IMG/VR virus record: IMGVR_UViG_3300031993_000021
Length of the DNA: 64,000 bases
From: a virus
Taxonomy: Duplodnaviria > Heunggongvirae > Uroviricota > Caudoviricetes
Strand: one strand, 5' to 3'
Shown: positions 16,957 through 26,905 of the stretch, piece after piece
Numbering within the stretch: the stretch's first letter is position 1
Layout: each line of letters starts with the position of its first letter
Made by a program: the position numbers and the translations under genes
The notes under the pieces: generated by a model
The model's database searches: none
What the model was told of the DNA's origin: nothing
What the model saw: only the letters and a program-made list of their open reading frames with translations

Positions 16957-18768
16957 TTAGCGTTGATATGTATCAACAATTGGATTTTCGCCTTGATCCT
17001 TGTAGTATTTAAGGACGTTGGGAAAAAGAACATCATAATTATATGATTCACTCATAGGCGCATCAATGAGCGCATGAGTTACCGACTCAGGCAGCAGGGG
17101 CTTAACACCTTGATATATCAAACACTCTTTCGAGTCTCTAATAAATGCGGTGGAACACTTACGCCCGTTCATAAGCTCAATATAATAGCCGCTATACTGT
17201 GCATATGTGCCGGGCTTAATGCCAATGACAACACCAGAACCGCCATAGATATTATTGAGAATCCACCCATCACATTGATATATTGTCACCTCATCACCGA
17301 TTGCGATAGATTCAATCTGTTCAGAGAGTGGAGCGGGGAAGTAAAAAGGCTCCTTTGTCTTAGACTCTTGAGCCTGTGCCTTGAGTTCCTTCGAAGCTGT
17401 CAATATCTCGGAAGTGTCTGAGAGAATATAAACATAACGTGCATAGTCATAGCCTTGAGGATCAATGATTAACTGTAATTTGTCATTTAGATAAATGGCT
17501 ACACATTTATTACAGTAAAATTTGACGCTCTCGCGCTGTTCAGTATTGAGTTGATACAGCTCTTTGATTTCTTCAAGTCTGACATCCTCGGAAGCTGTGC
17601 CGCCCTGACGGGCTAAAAATTCAAAATCACATAGAAACATAGAAGTAAATCTTTCATATGCTTCCGGACTTGTGAAGCGCACAGCGCGAGTTATTAAAGC
17701 GTCATTGTAATGTGGACATTCTTTAATTGACTCGTTGAGTTCTTCCATGTTGCATTCTTTGCCACAACCGCCAACAAGCGAAGTAATATAAATGCGGTCA
17801 AGTTCGGGCAAATCTTCAATAATTGCATCGTTGTAAATAAGCTGTTCCGACTCTCTGATCCATTTTTCGTGTTTTTCAGATTCTATGCGGGCGCGTTCCT
17901 GTTCTTCTCTGTATGCCTTCAATGCTTCTTCTTGCTGTCTGATTTCCTCGGCTATCTCTGCATCGTATGCGGTGCGCTCTGTCTCGGTCATTTTCTCGCG
18001 GGGTTCAAAGTCGGCTGGCTTCTTCAATTCTATGTCGAGATAATAGCCAACATCAAAATAGTCCGTCATTATGTCGCTGTTGTTATAGTTCCACTGATTA
18101 GCTATTTCAAAAATTTTACATACACGTTCATAAAATGCCGTTGTAAGCTCCCAATAGTATTTTCTACCTTTATAATTATGAGCAATATTTAGACTTGAAA
18201 GCTTCTTAATGTTATACATTAAATAGCTATTATATGCGTTTTCTTGTTCTTCGGGTGTCATGTGTTCCCATTCTGACATATACAGCCAACGATCCCCAAT
18301 ATATGCGTCACGGTCTACCTCAAGAGTAAAGGCGGACATGTTGAAGCGTTTTTTCGCTTCCTCGATGCTTACAAAGTCGGGTGAAGATGCTTTAATGGTT
18401 AAAGTAATGCCGGTAGTATATCCGCTGCGCCCACTGCGGACAGTTACACCCTTAACGCCTCGGCGCTTCAACTCTTCACGGATTACTTTGGCAAGGTCTG
18501 AGCCGCAGCAAATTAACTCTTTATGTCCAACGCCATCCATGTTAATACAATCGGCAGCAGGAGCCACAACGGGAGCGGGTGCAAGGTCGCCAAGTGAACG
18601 CGCAAAGGTTAGACGGTCTGCGGTCTGTTTTGCATACCAGAATTTTTTAGCATTGTGCCACCTGAACCCCTGCGCCTTAACTGCTGCGAGTGTGTCGGCG
18701 CTCGGCTTAGCCTCAAAAATTAACTCGATTCCATTCTTTTCATTGTTCAAATTAACTGTAATATTCAT
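16957..18768 (-). CDS. large polyvalent-protein-associated (LPD29-like) multidomain protein
   Basis: N-terminal KNGIELIFEAKPSADTLAAVKAQGFRWH..KKFWYAK; DLAKVIREELK; NYNNSDIMTDYFDVGYY. Confidence 0.7.
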   Translation of the reverse strand: MNITVNLNNEKNGIELIFEAKPSADTLAAVKAQGFRWHNAKKFWYAKQTADRLTFARSLGDLAPAPVVAPAADCINMDGVGHKELICCGSDLAKVIREELKRRGVKGVTVRSGRSGYTTGITLTIKASSPDFVSIEEAKKRFNMSAFTLEVDRDAYIGDRWLYMSEWEHMTPEEQENAYNSYLMYNIKKLSSLNIAHNYKGRKYYWELTTAFYERVCKIFEIANQWNYNNSDIMTDYFDVGYYLDIELKKPADFEPREKMTETERTAYDAEIAEEIRQQEEALKAYREEQERARIESEKHEKWIRESEQLIYNDAIIEDLPELDRIYITSLVGGCGKECNMEELNESIKECPHYNDALITRAVRFTSPEAYERFTSMFLCDFEFLARQGGTASEDVRLEEIKELYQLNTEQRESVKFYCNKCVAIYLNDKLQLIIDPQGYDYARYVYILSDTSEILTASKELKAQAQESKTKEPFYFPAPLSEQIESIAIGDEVTIYQCDGWILNNIYGGSGVVIGIKPGTYAQYSGYYIELMNGRKCSTAFIRDSKECLIYQGVKPLLPESVTHALIDAPMSESYNYDVLFPNVLKYYKDQGENPIVDTYQR

Positions 18769-18801
18769 GTTTTTAACCTCTCAAAAAATAATCTATTAAC
18801 A

Positions 18802-18819
18802 TGTATAGTATATTATACA
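18802..18819. promoter_or_regulatory. repressor operator-like palindrome upstream of leftward operon
   Basis: tgtatagtatattataca, 17/18 to the palindrome at 62061-62078. Confidence 0.65.
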
Positions 18820-19003
18820 TTAAATAATTAGGCAAGTAATTATTTATTATTTTGTGGAATTTTTAAAAAAATTTTTTGAATGCTGCAAAGTTAGATAAAA
18901 CAAGGAAATGAGATATATTGATAGCTTGATCAAGATAAAACAGAGTAGATATATTTATAAAAGGTGTGTACACTATATTTAACGGGTGTTTAGAGGTAAA
19001 AGA

Positions 19004-19696
19004 ATGAACATTGATAGAATGATTACTAATACTATAGAAGGATTCAAGGACGGACGCGCAACCGGCGCGGATGATTTAAGAACATTACTCGAATCGGATT
19101 ATTTGACCGACGAAATAAAAGATTCTATATATAGAAGATTCACGGCAGACATAGAAGAATTTATAAATGATTATTTGACGCGAAGCGAGGACAAGAACGC
19201 AAGAAAAGGCATGATTTATTGTAACCTTGAAACATGGCAAGCGTGTTCTGATGATATAGGGAGATACTACTTTAAGCAAAATAAATATTTAGTTGAAAGT
19301 CACCGCAGGGGGGGAGCGTATCGCGAGGAACTTCTAATACTAGCGATGGAAGTATACGAACATTTTTGCAGACTATATCGGAAGCAGTTTTTTATTTACG
19401 ATTGTGCTATGTTCCTAGGGATAACGCGCGAGACGATATACGAATTAAGTAACAAATACTCTGACATGTTGAAAAAGGCGCACACCATGCAAGAATCTAG
19501 CATGCGCACTGCTTTAGCAAGTGGGCGATCCAACGTAACAGCAATGGCAATTTTACTGAATCATGATTATGACTACACAAGAACGACTCAAGTCGTACAT
19601 ACAGTCGATAGAATTAAATCTGCGGACACACTTCCAACGTTGAATATTGACGAAGAAACAAAATCTGACAGCTACCAGAATGAAGAAAAGCTTTGA
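19004..19696 (+). CDS. terS: terminase small subunit (P22 gp3-like C-terminal half)
   Basis: MFLGITRETIYELSNKYSDMLKKAHTMQESSMRTALASGRSNVTAMAILLNH; upstream of terL. Confidence 0.6.
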   Translation: MNIDRMITNTIEGFKDGRATGADDLRTLLESDYLTDEIKDSIYRRFTADIEEFINDYLTRSEDKNARKGMIYCNLETWQACSDDIGRYYFKQNKYLVESHRRGGAYREELLILAMEVYEHFCRLYRKQFFIYDCAMFLGITRETIYELSNKYSDMLKKAHTMQESSMRTALASGRSNVTAMAILLNHDYDYTRTTQVVHTVDRIKSADTLPTLNIDEETKSDSYQNEEKL

Positions 19697-19884
19697 AAAG
19701 TGCATGGTTACTAGGTTTCACAGTATGAGTACATATGTTTACTATTGCGCAAAATCATAATTTTACGAAAATCTGAACTAATGTTCAATCAATAGGGGGT
19801 AGGGGTTGCATACCGGACGCCCCCCAGGGGTAGGCTTAGCCCCTCAGTCACTCAAAATCCAAAAGTGGGTAATACAAATGGCTC

Positions 19885-20086
19885 AACCATGAGGGGTTAC
19901 CCCAATTTTAAGGAGGAGATATGCCAAGCAAAAACACATCAGTAATAAGTGCAAGGGTAAGGGATGATATAGCGGTGAAACTCGGAGAAATAGCGGAAAG
20001 AAAAGGAATCACCATTGCAAAGCTGATAGAAGACATGGTTGAGAAATATGAAACAGACGAAGAAAAAGGGGTTACCCCTCATGGTT
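19885..20086. repeat. 19-bp inverted repeat pair
   Basis: aaccatgaggggttacccc (19885-19903) and ggggttacccctcatggtt (20068-20086), 18/19 reverse-complement match. Confidence 0.75.
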
Positions 20087-20286
20087 ATGGGCTTTTCGAG
20101 GAAATTGACACTCCATTAGGCATAAAACTTGAGAAACAGATGGAGAGATTAAGAGAAGGGGAGTATCCTGAACGGTTTATAAAGAATTTTGAAGATACGA
20201 TTCTAAATGGAGTAAGGGAACAGATAGAGATGCTGCCGAAGAAATTCAACTCAAAGAGAATGAAGAGTGATGATTGGGGGTGCTGA
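19921..20286 (+). CDS. ribbon-helix-helix DNA-binding protein
   Basis: TSVISARVRDDIAVKLGEIAERKGITIAKLIEDMV. Confidence 0.7.
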   Translation: MPSKNTSVISARVRDDIAVKLGEIAERKGITIAKLIEDMVEKYETDEEKGVTPHGYGLFEEIDTPLGIKLEKQMERLREGEYPERFIKNFEDTILNGVREQIEMLPKKFNSKRMKSDDWGC

Positions 20287-20540
20287 GGATGCCTACTAAA
20301 GATTCCATGATAAAGACCGCGAGGATTACACAGGAAACATGGCGAAAGATGGAAGCATACATGGACAGGGAGGATGTGACTTTCTCAGGAGCGATAAGAA
20401 AGCTGGTTGATGAAGCGGATATTCCGAAGCAGAGAAGAGAGTTTGTTGATACGAAAGAGCTGGTAGACCTCTGTGAAAGGATGAATATCGAACCACAGAC
20501 ATTAATAGATGGGCTTGTAAGGGAGTTAAAGCGGGGATGA
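20274..20540 (+). CDS. RHH-like DNA-binding protein
   Basis: IKTARITQETWRKMEAYMDREDVTFSGAIRKLV. Confidence 0.6.
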   Translation: MGVLRMPTKDSMIKTARITQETWRKMEAYMDREDVTFSGAIRKLVDEADIPKQRREFVDTKELVDLCERMNIEPQTLIDGLVRELKRG

Positions 20541-20707
20541 GCAGTAGTAAGACACAGACAAGGACGATACGTATAAAGAATGAGACAGCGGACTTCTTTA
20601 GGGACAAGCCATTAAACAAAGTAGTTGAGAACGTGCATGACCTGGCGAAAAAGAAAGACATAGAGGTATATGAGAATGGGAAAATTGTTTTACTCGGTGG
20701 ACGGTGA
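20537..20707 (+). CDS. small RHH-like protein (not in ORF track)
   Basis: MSSSKTQTRTIRIKNETADFFRDKPLNKVVENV, 56 aa, ATGA overlap. Confidence 0.5.
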   Translation: MSSSKTQTRTIRIKNETADFFRDKPLNKVVENVHDLAKKKDIEVYENGKIVLLGGR

Positions 20708-21047
20708 GCATTTTGAGGAGCTGGGGCATGTAACTGACATCGAGCTTTCAGATGAAGAGGAAGAGATAGCGGAGAGATATTTCGTGTCAGATTCGTTTGA
20801 AGCATCCATACCTAAATCAGAAAGTGACAAGTTATTCCGCAGTATATTAGGTCAGAGCGCGTATAACTCGATGAAACTAAAGCAAGACGGATATTTAAGT
20901 CCTGAGAATGGGTGGTTTACACCGGGAGAGAGTTCAATTATAAGACTTTCACAAGAGATTGTAGAGAAGATCAAAAAGAAAGAACGTGTGAGGTGGATGC
21001 ATGACAAAGAAAGAGAAAGAAGCACTAAATCAGGCAGTGAAGAATGA
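20670..21047 (+). CDS. hypothetical protein
   Basis: 125 aa, in operon. Confidence 0.55.
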   Translation: MRMGKLFYSVDGEHFEELGHVTDIELSDEEEEIAERYFVSDSFEASIPKSESDKLFRSILGQSAYNSMKLKQDGYLSPENGWFTPGESSIIRLSQEIVEKIKKKERVRWMHDKERERSTKSGSEE

Positions 21048-21192
21048 GTTCTTTGACCAGGAAGAGGACCAGATGCGAAAAGGTTATAGAGAGTTTGCAA
21101 GGCAGCTTCGTCTAGCACAGGAAGAGATGGGGCTTACACGGTATGAGGCAATAATATTCCTGTCAACCTTGATAGGAAATAGCATGAAATAG
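21001..21192 (+). CDS. hypothetical protein
   Basis: 63 aa, GGAGG-like RBS. Confidence 0.5.
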   Translation: MTKKEKEALNQAVKNEFFDQEEDQMRKGYREFARQLRLAQEEMGLTRYEAIIFLSTLIGNSMK

Positions 21193-21205
21193 AGGAGGGG
21201 AATGC

Positions 21206-21613
21206 ATGGACACAAGAACCATCAATGAGCATTATGCTGAGATAGGTGCTGAACTGATTAAGACAGAAGAAGCCCTTGAGAGCATAAGAAACAGTACTGC
21301 GACCATTATTTACCTGTCTAGTGAGCATAAAAAGACGGGAAGTGGGAAGGTTGTGAAAGCACAGTGTGAGAAAATCTCGGATAAGTACAAATGGGGGATA
21401 CCGTGTGACTTCACGATAACGGTTTTTGAGCCAAACTGTGAAGGAATGACTGAGGAACAGATGAAGATGCTTATTTTCCATGAGCTTTTGCATGTAAAGA
21501 TAAGCTACAAGGATGACGGAACGGAAGTTTTCGGCATTAATCCACATGATCTAGAAGATTTTAAGTTGATTATTGACAGGTTTGGCACAGATTGGGCGGA
21601 GGTTAAGGAATGA
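21206..21613 (+). CDS. putative phage metallopeptidase
   Basis: LIFHELLH (HExxH) followed by PHDLEDF. Confidence 0.8.
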   Translation: MDTRTINEHYAEIGAELIKTEEALESIRNSTATIIYLSSEHKKTGSGKVVKAQCEKISDKYKWGIPCDFTITVFEPNCEGMTEEQMKMLIFHELLHVKISYKDDGTEVFGINPHDLEDFKLIIDRFGTDWAEVKE

Positions 21614-22560
21614 TAGCATTTGTTATTGGCATTATTGTTACTATTGTGGCATTTATCGTACTGGGAATTGAATTTGGTGAATACGATTTTGTTTGGGGGC
21701 TTAAGAAAAGACAGGTATTTTCGCTTTTAGGGCTTATTATATGTCTTTTAGGCTTCATAAAGACGGTCCCGACAGGTTCAACCGGTATCGTGACAACATT
21801 TGGTCGGATTGAGAACATAACCTTGGATGCAGGCATACATTTCATGGCACCTTGGAAGAAAGTAGTTAACATGGACAACCGTACACAGAAACAGTCCATA
21901 GAAATGCAGTGTTTTAGCTCTGATATTCAGGAAGTAAGCGTTATCTACACTGTAAATTACCAGATAAACAAGGCAAATGCGCAGGAAATCTACAGAACGA
22001 TAGGAAAAGAGTACTTTGACAAGATAGTTATGCCAAAAGCACTTGAGGCAGTAAAGTCAGTGTTTGCCAAGTATACAGCAGAGGCACTGGTTGCATCAAG
22101 AGCGGGGCTTTCAAAAGAGATTGAGGCGGTACTTGTTGATGATTTAAGCAAGCAGAACATCCAGATTACAGCCACATCTATTGAGAACATTGATTTTACT
22201 GATGCTTTCACAAATGCGGTCGAAGCAAAGCAGGTTGCTGAGCAGAATAAGTTAAAAGCGCAGACAGAGCAGGCACAGGCAACACTTGAAGCACAGGCAC
22301 AGGCTGAAAGACAGGTAATAAAAGCCCAGGCTGATGCAGATGCATCGATTCTTGCAGCAAAAGCAGATGCAGAGGTTGCAAAGATAAGTTCTGACAGTGC
22401 ACTTTACCAAGGTGAGAAGGAAGCATCCATTTTGCAGAGGGTTGGAGAACAGCTTGCGAAGTATCCTGACCTTGTAAAGTACAAATACATTGAGGGTTGG
22501 GATGGAAAGATGCCGCAGACGATACTTGGAAACTCAGATGTGATTATGGATATGAGGTGA
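21610..22560 (+). CDS. SPFH/band-7 (prohibitin) family membrane protein
   Basis: two N-terminal TM segments, VPTGSTGIVTTFGRI, GIHFMAPW, coiled-coil AEQNKLKAQ. Confidence 0.92.
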   Translation: MIAFVIGIIVTIVAFIVLGIEFGEYDFVWGLKKRQVFSLLGLIICLLGFIKTVPTGSTGIVTTFGRIENITLDAGIHFMAPWKKVVNMDNRTQKQSIEMQCFSSDIQEVSVIYTVNYQINKANAQEIYRTIGKEYFDKIVMPKALEAVKSVFAKYTAEALVASRAGLSKEIEAVLVDDLSKQNIQITATSIENIDFTDAFTNAVEAKQVAEQNKLKAQTEQAQATLEAQAQAERQVIKAQADADASILAAKADAEVAKISSDSALYQGEKEASILQRVGEQLAKYPDLVKYKYIEGWDGKMPQTILGNSDVIMDMR

Positions 22561-22564
22561 ATAC

Positions 22565-22891
22565 ATGGACAAGATAAATCCTGATTACTACAAAGACAAA
22601 ACAAGCCTTGAGTGCATAGATGCTATGAGAATTGTATTTGGGGATGATGCGGTAGTAAGTTTTTGCATCTGTAACGCATTTACATACATTTGGCGCTGGA
22701 AATTTAAGAATGGCGAAGAGGACCTACATAAGGCTGACTGGTTTCTTCATGCACTGACAAGGTTAAATGCGGAATGCGTTGTGATTCCAGATGAATATTT
22801 ATCCATGTCAGATAGAATGGCTAATTACATTTTTCATGAACTAGCTAAAATTGAGTCTGACAGGAGCAAAAACAATGGCAAAAGCGAATAA
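22565..22891 (+). CDS. DUF3310/SaV-like protein
   Basis: INPDYYK...LECIDAM...FCICNAFTYIWRWKFKNGEEDLHKA. Confidence 0.85.
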   Translation: MDKINPDYYKDKTSLECIDAMRIVFGDDAVVSFCICNAFTYIWRWKFKNGEEDLHKADWFLHALTRLNAECVVIPDEYLSMSDRMANYIFHELAKIESDRSKNNGKSE

Positions 22892-23039
22892 ATGCGACAG
22901 ATGTGGGAAATTTTTTGAATATCCTGATAAAAGAGAGTGCGAGATAGTAAAGTTTGAACCGGGATATGTTCCGATATCGTATGACCTTTGTGATGAATGC
23001 TACATAAAGTTCATGGAGTGGCTTAAAAATGATGGATAA
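22875..23039 (+). CDS. small zinc-finger protein
   Basis: KCDRCGKFF...DLCDEC. Confidence 0.6.
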   Translation: MAKANKCDRCGKFFEYPDKRECEIVKFEPGYVPISYDLCDECYIKFMEWLKNDG

Positions 23040-23160
23040 GGTCTTTTATATAGCATGTTTAGTAGTACTAATACTGCTTATCCTATTTAAGGATTAAAAG
23101 AGTTTGACGGTGCAAGGAACACCATTCTCTTACAAAATGGGTGGTTTAGAAAAGGATATT

Positions 23161-24924
23161 ATGGCATCTAATGACCTTATTAGAGCTTTTGAAAGTTATA
23201 AAAACTATTATGACAGGCACGGAGCGGATGAATCTTTGGTAAATGCCTGCATAGAAGCTGCTAAGACCGCGTTTTTTATTGAAAAGGATGAAAAATACGG
23301 TCTTGGCATCACATCCGCTACAAAAGACTATATAAACGAGATAGTAAAAACAAAAACAGGAGCAGGATTCTTTGATCTTGAGAGATATGCGATAGCCCAT
23401 GATATTGAGTACTCGATAATCAATTCCGGATACGATGTCTACAGGCTAGAATCATTTTCAAGGTTTGAATCCTACATGCTCTACATTGAACGCGACAGGA
23501 GGCAGGAAAAGAGGTTTTATCTGCCAAGAAGGTGCACTCTTAAGGTAGTTGCGAATGATATGCAGCGCCTTGAGGATGATGAGCTTGATGTATATGGGCT
23601 TAGCTTGCCATCGAGAACGGGAAAGTCATCGATTTGTATCTTTTTCCTTTCGTGGGTAGGAGTAAGGAAGCCAAACAGTCATAACGCGATGGGCGGGCAT
23701 TCAGGACAGCTGGCAAAGAGATTCTTTAGAGGGCTTGATAACATAATCGAGACACCGGATTATCGATATGATGAGGTATTTCATCTTTGGAATCCGACAT
23801 ATCGAGCTGTATTGCAGGCAAAATCATCCGATCCAGCTGAATTTACATTAAACCTTGGTTCACCTGATGAATTTGCGACATTTACCTGTCGAGGAGTAGA
23901 CGGAACATGGACAGGTGCTATCGATGTATCGTCTGATGGCTATTTATACGTGGATGACCTTATCCGAGATAGAGAACATTCACTTAGTCCTTCGCGAGTA
24001 GAGAATACGTACCAGGAATACCAGAACAAGATGCTTGACCGTATGAATGACGGTGCGAAGAAGATGCTTGTTGGTACTTTATGGACGGTAAATGATCCGC
24101 TTGAGCGTGAGAGAAAGCTTAATGATGGCAACCCAAGGGCGTTATTTAGAAAGATACCTGCTCTTAACGAGAATGATGAGAGTAATTTCCAGTATACGAC
24201 CAAGGGATTCTCTACTCAGTACTATAGGGATATGAGAGACAGACTTGATAAGGCTGAATGGATGGCTAAATTCCAACAACAGCCTTTTGTTCGAGAAGGT
24301 CTTACGTATCCTATCGAGGAGCTTAGGTTCTTTGATGGTTTCTTACCTGTTGGGAACTGTTCGACTATCGCGCATATAGACGTTGCATTTGGTGGCGGAG
24401 ACAGGCTTTCAATGCCGATATGCAAGGATTTTGGCGAAGAGAAGAAGTATATCGTTGGTTGGATACATGACAGTCGTTCACCCGGATTTACAGTGCCAAG
24501 GGTTGTAGATGCGATTGATAGGTACTATATAACAAAGCTCTTTATAGAGAAGAACTCAGGCGGACAGCTCTATGCAGAGAAAGTATCTGAAGAAATGAAG
24601 AACAGGGGCATAAACCATTGTAAGATTGAGCTTTATTCCGCGCCTAACAAGATTTCGAAAAATGACAAGATAAGCGGATATTCAGACTTTGTAAAGCGTA
24701 ATTTCCTGTTCTTATCGCCTAAAAGCCGTGATTTTTACGAAGAAGATATAGATTATTACAAAGCAGATGCCGACTACCGCAAGGCACTAGATGAGATGAC
24801 AACATTCAGTATTGAGGGAAAGGGAAGACAGTTTGATGATTCACCGGATTCCATATCATCACTTGCGATGAAGATGGATAACAGGCGGTCAACAAAAGCA
24901 AGGATAATGAGTTCACCGATATGA
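23161..24924 (+). CDS. terL: terminase large subunit
   Basis: LSLPSRTGKS Walker A, LYVDD Walker B, LVGTLW coupling motif, nuclease HIDVAFGGGD and FDDSPDS. Confidence 0.92.
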   Translation: MASNDLIRAFESYKNYYDRHGADESLVNACIEAAKTAFFIEKDEKYGLGITSATKDYINEIVKTKTGAGFFDLERYAIAHDIEYSIINSGYDVYRLESFSRFESYMLYIERDRRQEKRFYLPRRCTLKVVANDMQRLEDDELDVYGLSLPSRTGKSSICIFFLSWVGVRKPNSHNAMGGHSGQLAKRFFRGLDNIIETPDYRYDEVFHLWNPTYRAVLQAKSSDPAEFTLNLGSPDEFATFTCRGVDGTWTGAIDVSSDGYLYVDDLIRDREHSLSPSRVENTYQEYQNKMLDRMNDGAKKMLVGTLWTVNDPLERERKLNDGNPRALFRKIPALNENDESNFQYTTKGFSTQYYRDMRDRLDKAEWMAKFQQQPFVREGLTYPIEELRFFDGFLPVGNCSTIAHIDVAFGGGDRLSMPICKDFGEEKKYIVGWIHDSRSPGFTVPRVVDAIDRYYITKLFIEKNSGGQLYAEKVSEEMKNRGINHCKIELYSAPNKISKNDKISGYSDFVKRNFLFLSPKSRDFYEEDIDYYKADADYRKALDEMTTFSIEGKGRQFDDSPDSISSLAMKMDNRRSTKARIMSSPI

Positions 24925-25292
24925 GTTTGAATGAAAAAACGGTTGACGAAAAAACATTTAAAGAATGTTGTGACCTAATGCTAAGCGGTAGGATGCACCC
25001 AGATGTAGCAGCATATCTTACAGGATTATCAAGACCTACGTTTTATAAGAGGGTGAACCAATATTATGATCCTGAAAGGTATGGGGAATTGCCTGAAGAT
25101 TTCTTCTCTGGAAGAAAGAAGGTTTGGAAAGAGAACACTGGGTGGATAAAAGATAGTGTAGCAATAAAGAGATATCTTGAGAATCAAGAAATAAAGCAAA
25201 AACGTAAGATGGAGAGGCGCGAGAGATTGAAGGAAGAGTTGAGAAGGAATAAGGCTGTAAAAGCTGATAAACTTCCCAGATTGGAGGATTGA
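24921..25292 (+). CDS. HTH-containing protein
   Basis: MHPDVAAYLTGLSRPTFYKRV. Confidence 0.6.
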   Translation: MSLNEKTVDEKTFKECCDLMLSGRMHPDVAAYLTGLSRPTFYKRVNQYYDPERYGELPEDFFSGRKKVWKENTGWIKDSVAIKRYLENQEIKQKRKMERRERLKEELRRNKAVKADKLPRLED

Positions 25293-25437
25293 TGGCAATT
25301 ATATTCAAAACAGCTGTGAGCGTAGTTGCGCTTGCTATAATGGGACTTCTTATAGCAGTGGGGACCAAAAGTGATGACACAGGAAAGATAGTTGCGAACA
25401 CATTACTTCTCATCTATGGACTCTGTATCTTGGCTAT

Positions 25438-25860
25438 GTGGGTGTGATTATGAATAAGAGAAAATTGGACAAATACAATATCAATAAATTCAGATATAGG
25501 GAACTATGTGCATTTTGTCTTCAGTATCAGGACTGGAAAGATGAGCTGAGCAACAATGTCTATTTTTCAGCTATACAATATGATGGGGCAAAGCCAACTA
25601 ACCATCAGACTTCTGATACTACAGCAAAACATGCCATAAGAATGCTTAAACTTAAGAGAAATTGTGAACTTATAGAGAAATGTGCAAAAGAAGCCACAGC
25701 AAAAACCGGTGGAGAGATATGGAGATACATCATAAAGAATGTCTGTTTTGAGGTTTCGTACAGATATATGAAAACATATGATGAGATTCCTATCGAGAGA
25801 GCGACATTTTTCTCTTATAAGAGGTATTTTTTCTATCTTTTAGATCAGGAGAAAGATTAA
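25438..25860 (+). CDS. putative phage late transcriptional regulator
   Basis: RYRELCAFCLQY...C-terminal IERATFFSYKRYFFYLL HTH-like segment; ends the packaging operon. Confidence 0.55.
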   Translation: MGVIMNKRKLDKYNINKFRYRELCAFCLQYQDWKDELSNNVYFSAIQYDGAKPTNHQTSDTTAKHAIRMLKLKRNCELIEKCAKEATAKTGGEIWRYIIKNVCFEVSYRYMKTYDEIPIERATFFSYKRYFFYLLDQEKD

Positions 25861-25891
25861 GGGCATCTGCAAATGCAGTGCCCTTTTTTAA

Positions 25892-26167
25892 TTAAGCATA
25901 ATTTGGTGGTGATACGCTAATCTTTTTAGTAGGATTCGTATTATATTTGGCATTTTTACGTATCCAATCCATCGTTTTTCCATTTTTTATAAATTTATTT
26001 TTTTCTGCATCGCTAAGATGAGCAGGAGCCACACCTTTTGCCTTGGCATATTCTTTAAGTCCCTTATAATCTATCTTCACCTTTGGAATTTGGCTCAAAG
26101 ATATAGGCTGAGGCATGGTTTTTAGTATTTCATTGTATTTTTTATAATTCATCATCTGACCATTCAT
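25892..26167 (-). CDS. small basic partner of GNAT protein (antitoxin-like)
   Basis: overlaps GNAT stop; KVKIDYKGLKEYAKAKGVAPAHLSDAEKNKFI. Confidence 0.55.
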   Translation of the reverse strand: MNGQMMNYKKYNEILKTMPQPISLSQIPKVKIDYKGLKEYAKAKGVAPAHLSDAEKNKFIKNGKTMDWIRKNAKYNTNPTKKISVSPPNYA

Positions 26168-26687
26168 AATTATATTTCTCCAAAATCTTAATAGCTGCAT
26201 TGTCGGCAATCATAAAATGAAATTCGTGAAGAAAACCGATATGGTCCGCTCCAAAATATTCAATATACTGTTCAAGACGTTGTCTACTATTAGCAATGCC
26301 AAATATAGCACCACCAAAGTTGTAATAGATTGATCTTTGGATTGCAACAGCAAAAAGATGACCGCCGACTCCACCATATTTAGGAGATTCGACTATTTCT
26401 CGATTGTTATGAGGAGCGGCTACAATCCATGCAACATATAGTGCACCAGACTCATCATCGGCTCCAACAGCAACAAGTCCTTGAATATCAACGGTCCCTT
26501 TAATTACTAAAGCGAAAATTTCATATTCATCAGCTAATTTTGCCCAATTAGTATACCAACCATTTTTCTTATTGTATTTATTTAAGAAACTTTTGCGACT
26601 AACCCTTAAAACTTCTGTTTCAACTAATTCCCCTGTCAATAAATCTTTTAGGCAGGGTGTGAACATGTCAATATCTACTGTTATCAT
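26142..26687 (-). CDS. GNAT-family acetyltransferase (moron)
   Basis: IQGLVAV...LYVAWIVAAPHN...KYGGVGGHLFAVAIQRS acetyl-CoA-binding motif; antisense to flanking genes. Confidence 0.75.
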   Translation of the reverse strand: MITVDIDMFTPCLKDLLTGELVETEVLRVSRKSFLNKYNKKNGWYTNWAKLADEYEIFALVIKGTVDIQGLVAVGADDESGALYVAWIVAAPHNNREIVESPKYGGVGGHLFAVAIQRSIYYNFGGAIFGIANSRQRLEQYIEYFGADHIGFLHEFHFMIADNAAIKILEKYNYEWSDDEL

Positions 26688-26905
26688 GTAAAATCCTTCT
26701 TTGTTTGGTCTAATTTAAGTATAACAGATTAAACATTTTATTCAATTGCACTAAGATTATAAAAATATTAAAAATGTAGACTTTTTTAGGTAACTTTGGA
26801 TATAAAATGATAGTGTAAAATAGTTTAAGTGAAAACAGAGCCTATAGGGCATAGAAAATACAGCAAGCTTTACCTTCGGGTAGGGCTTTTTTATATGGTG
26901 AAAAT

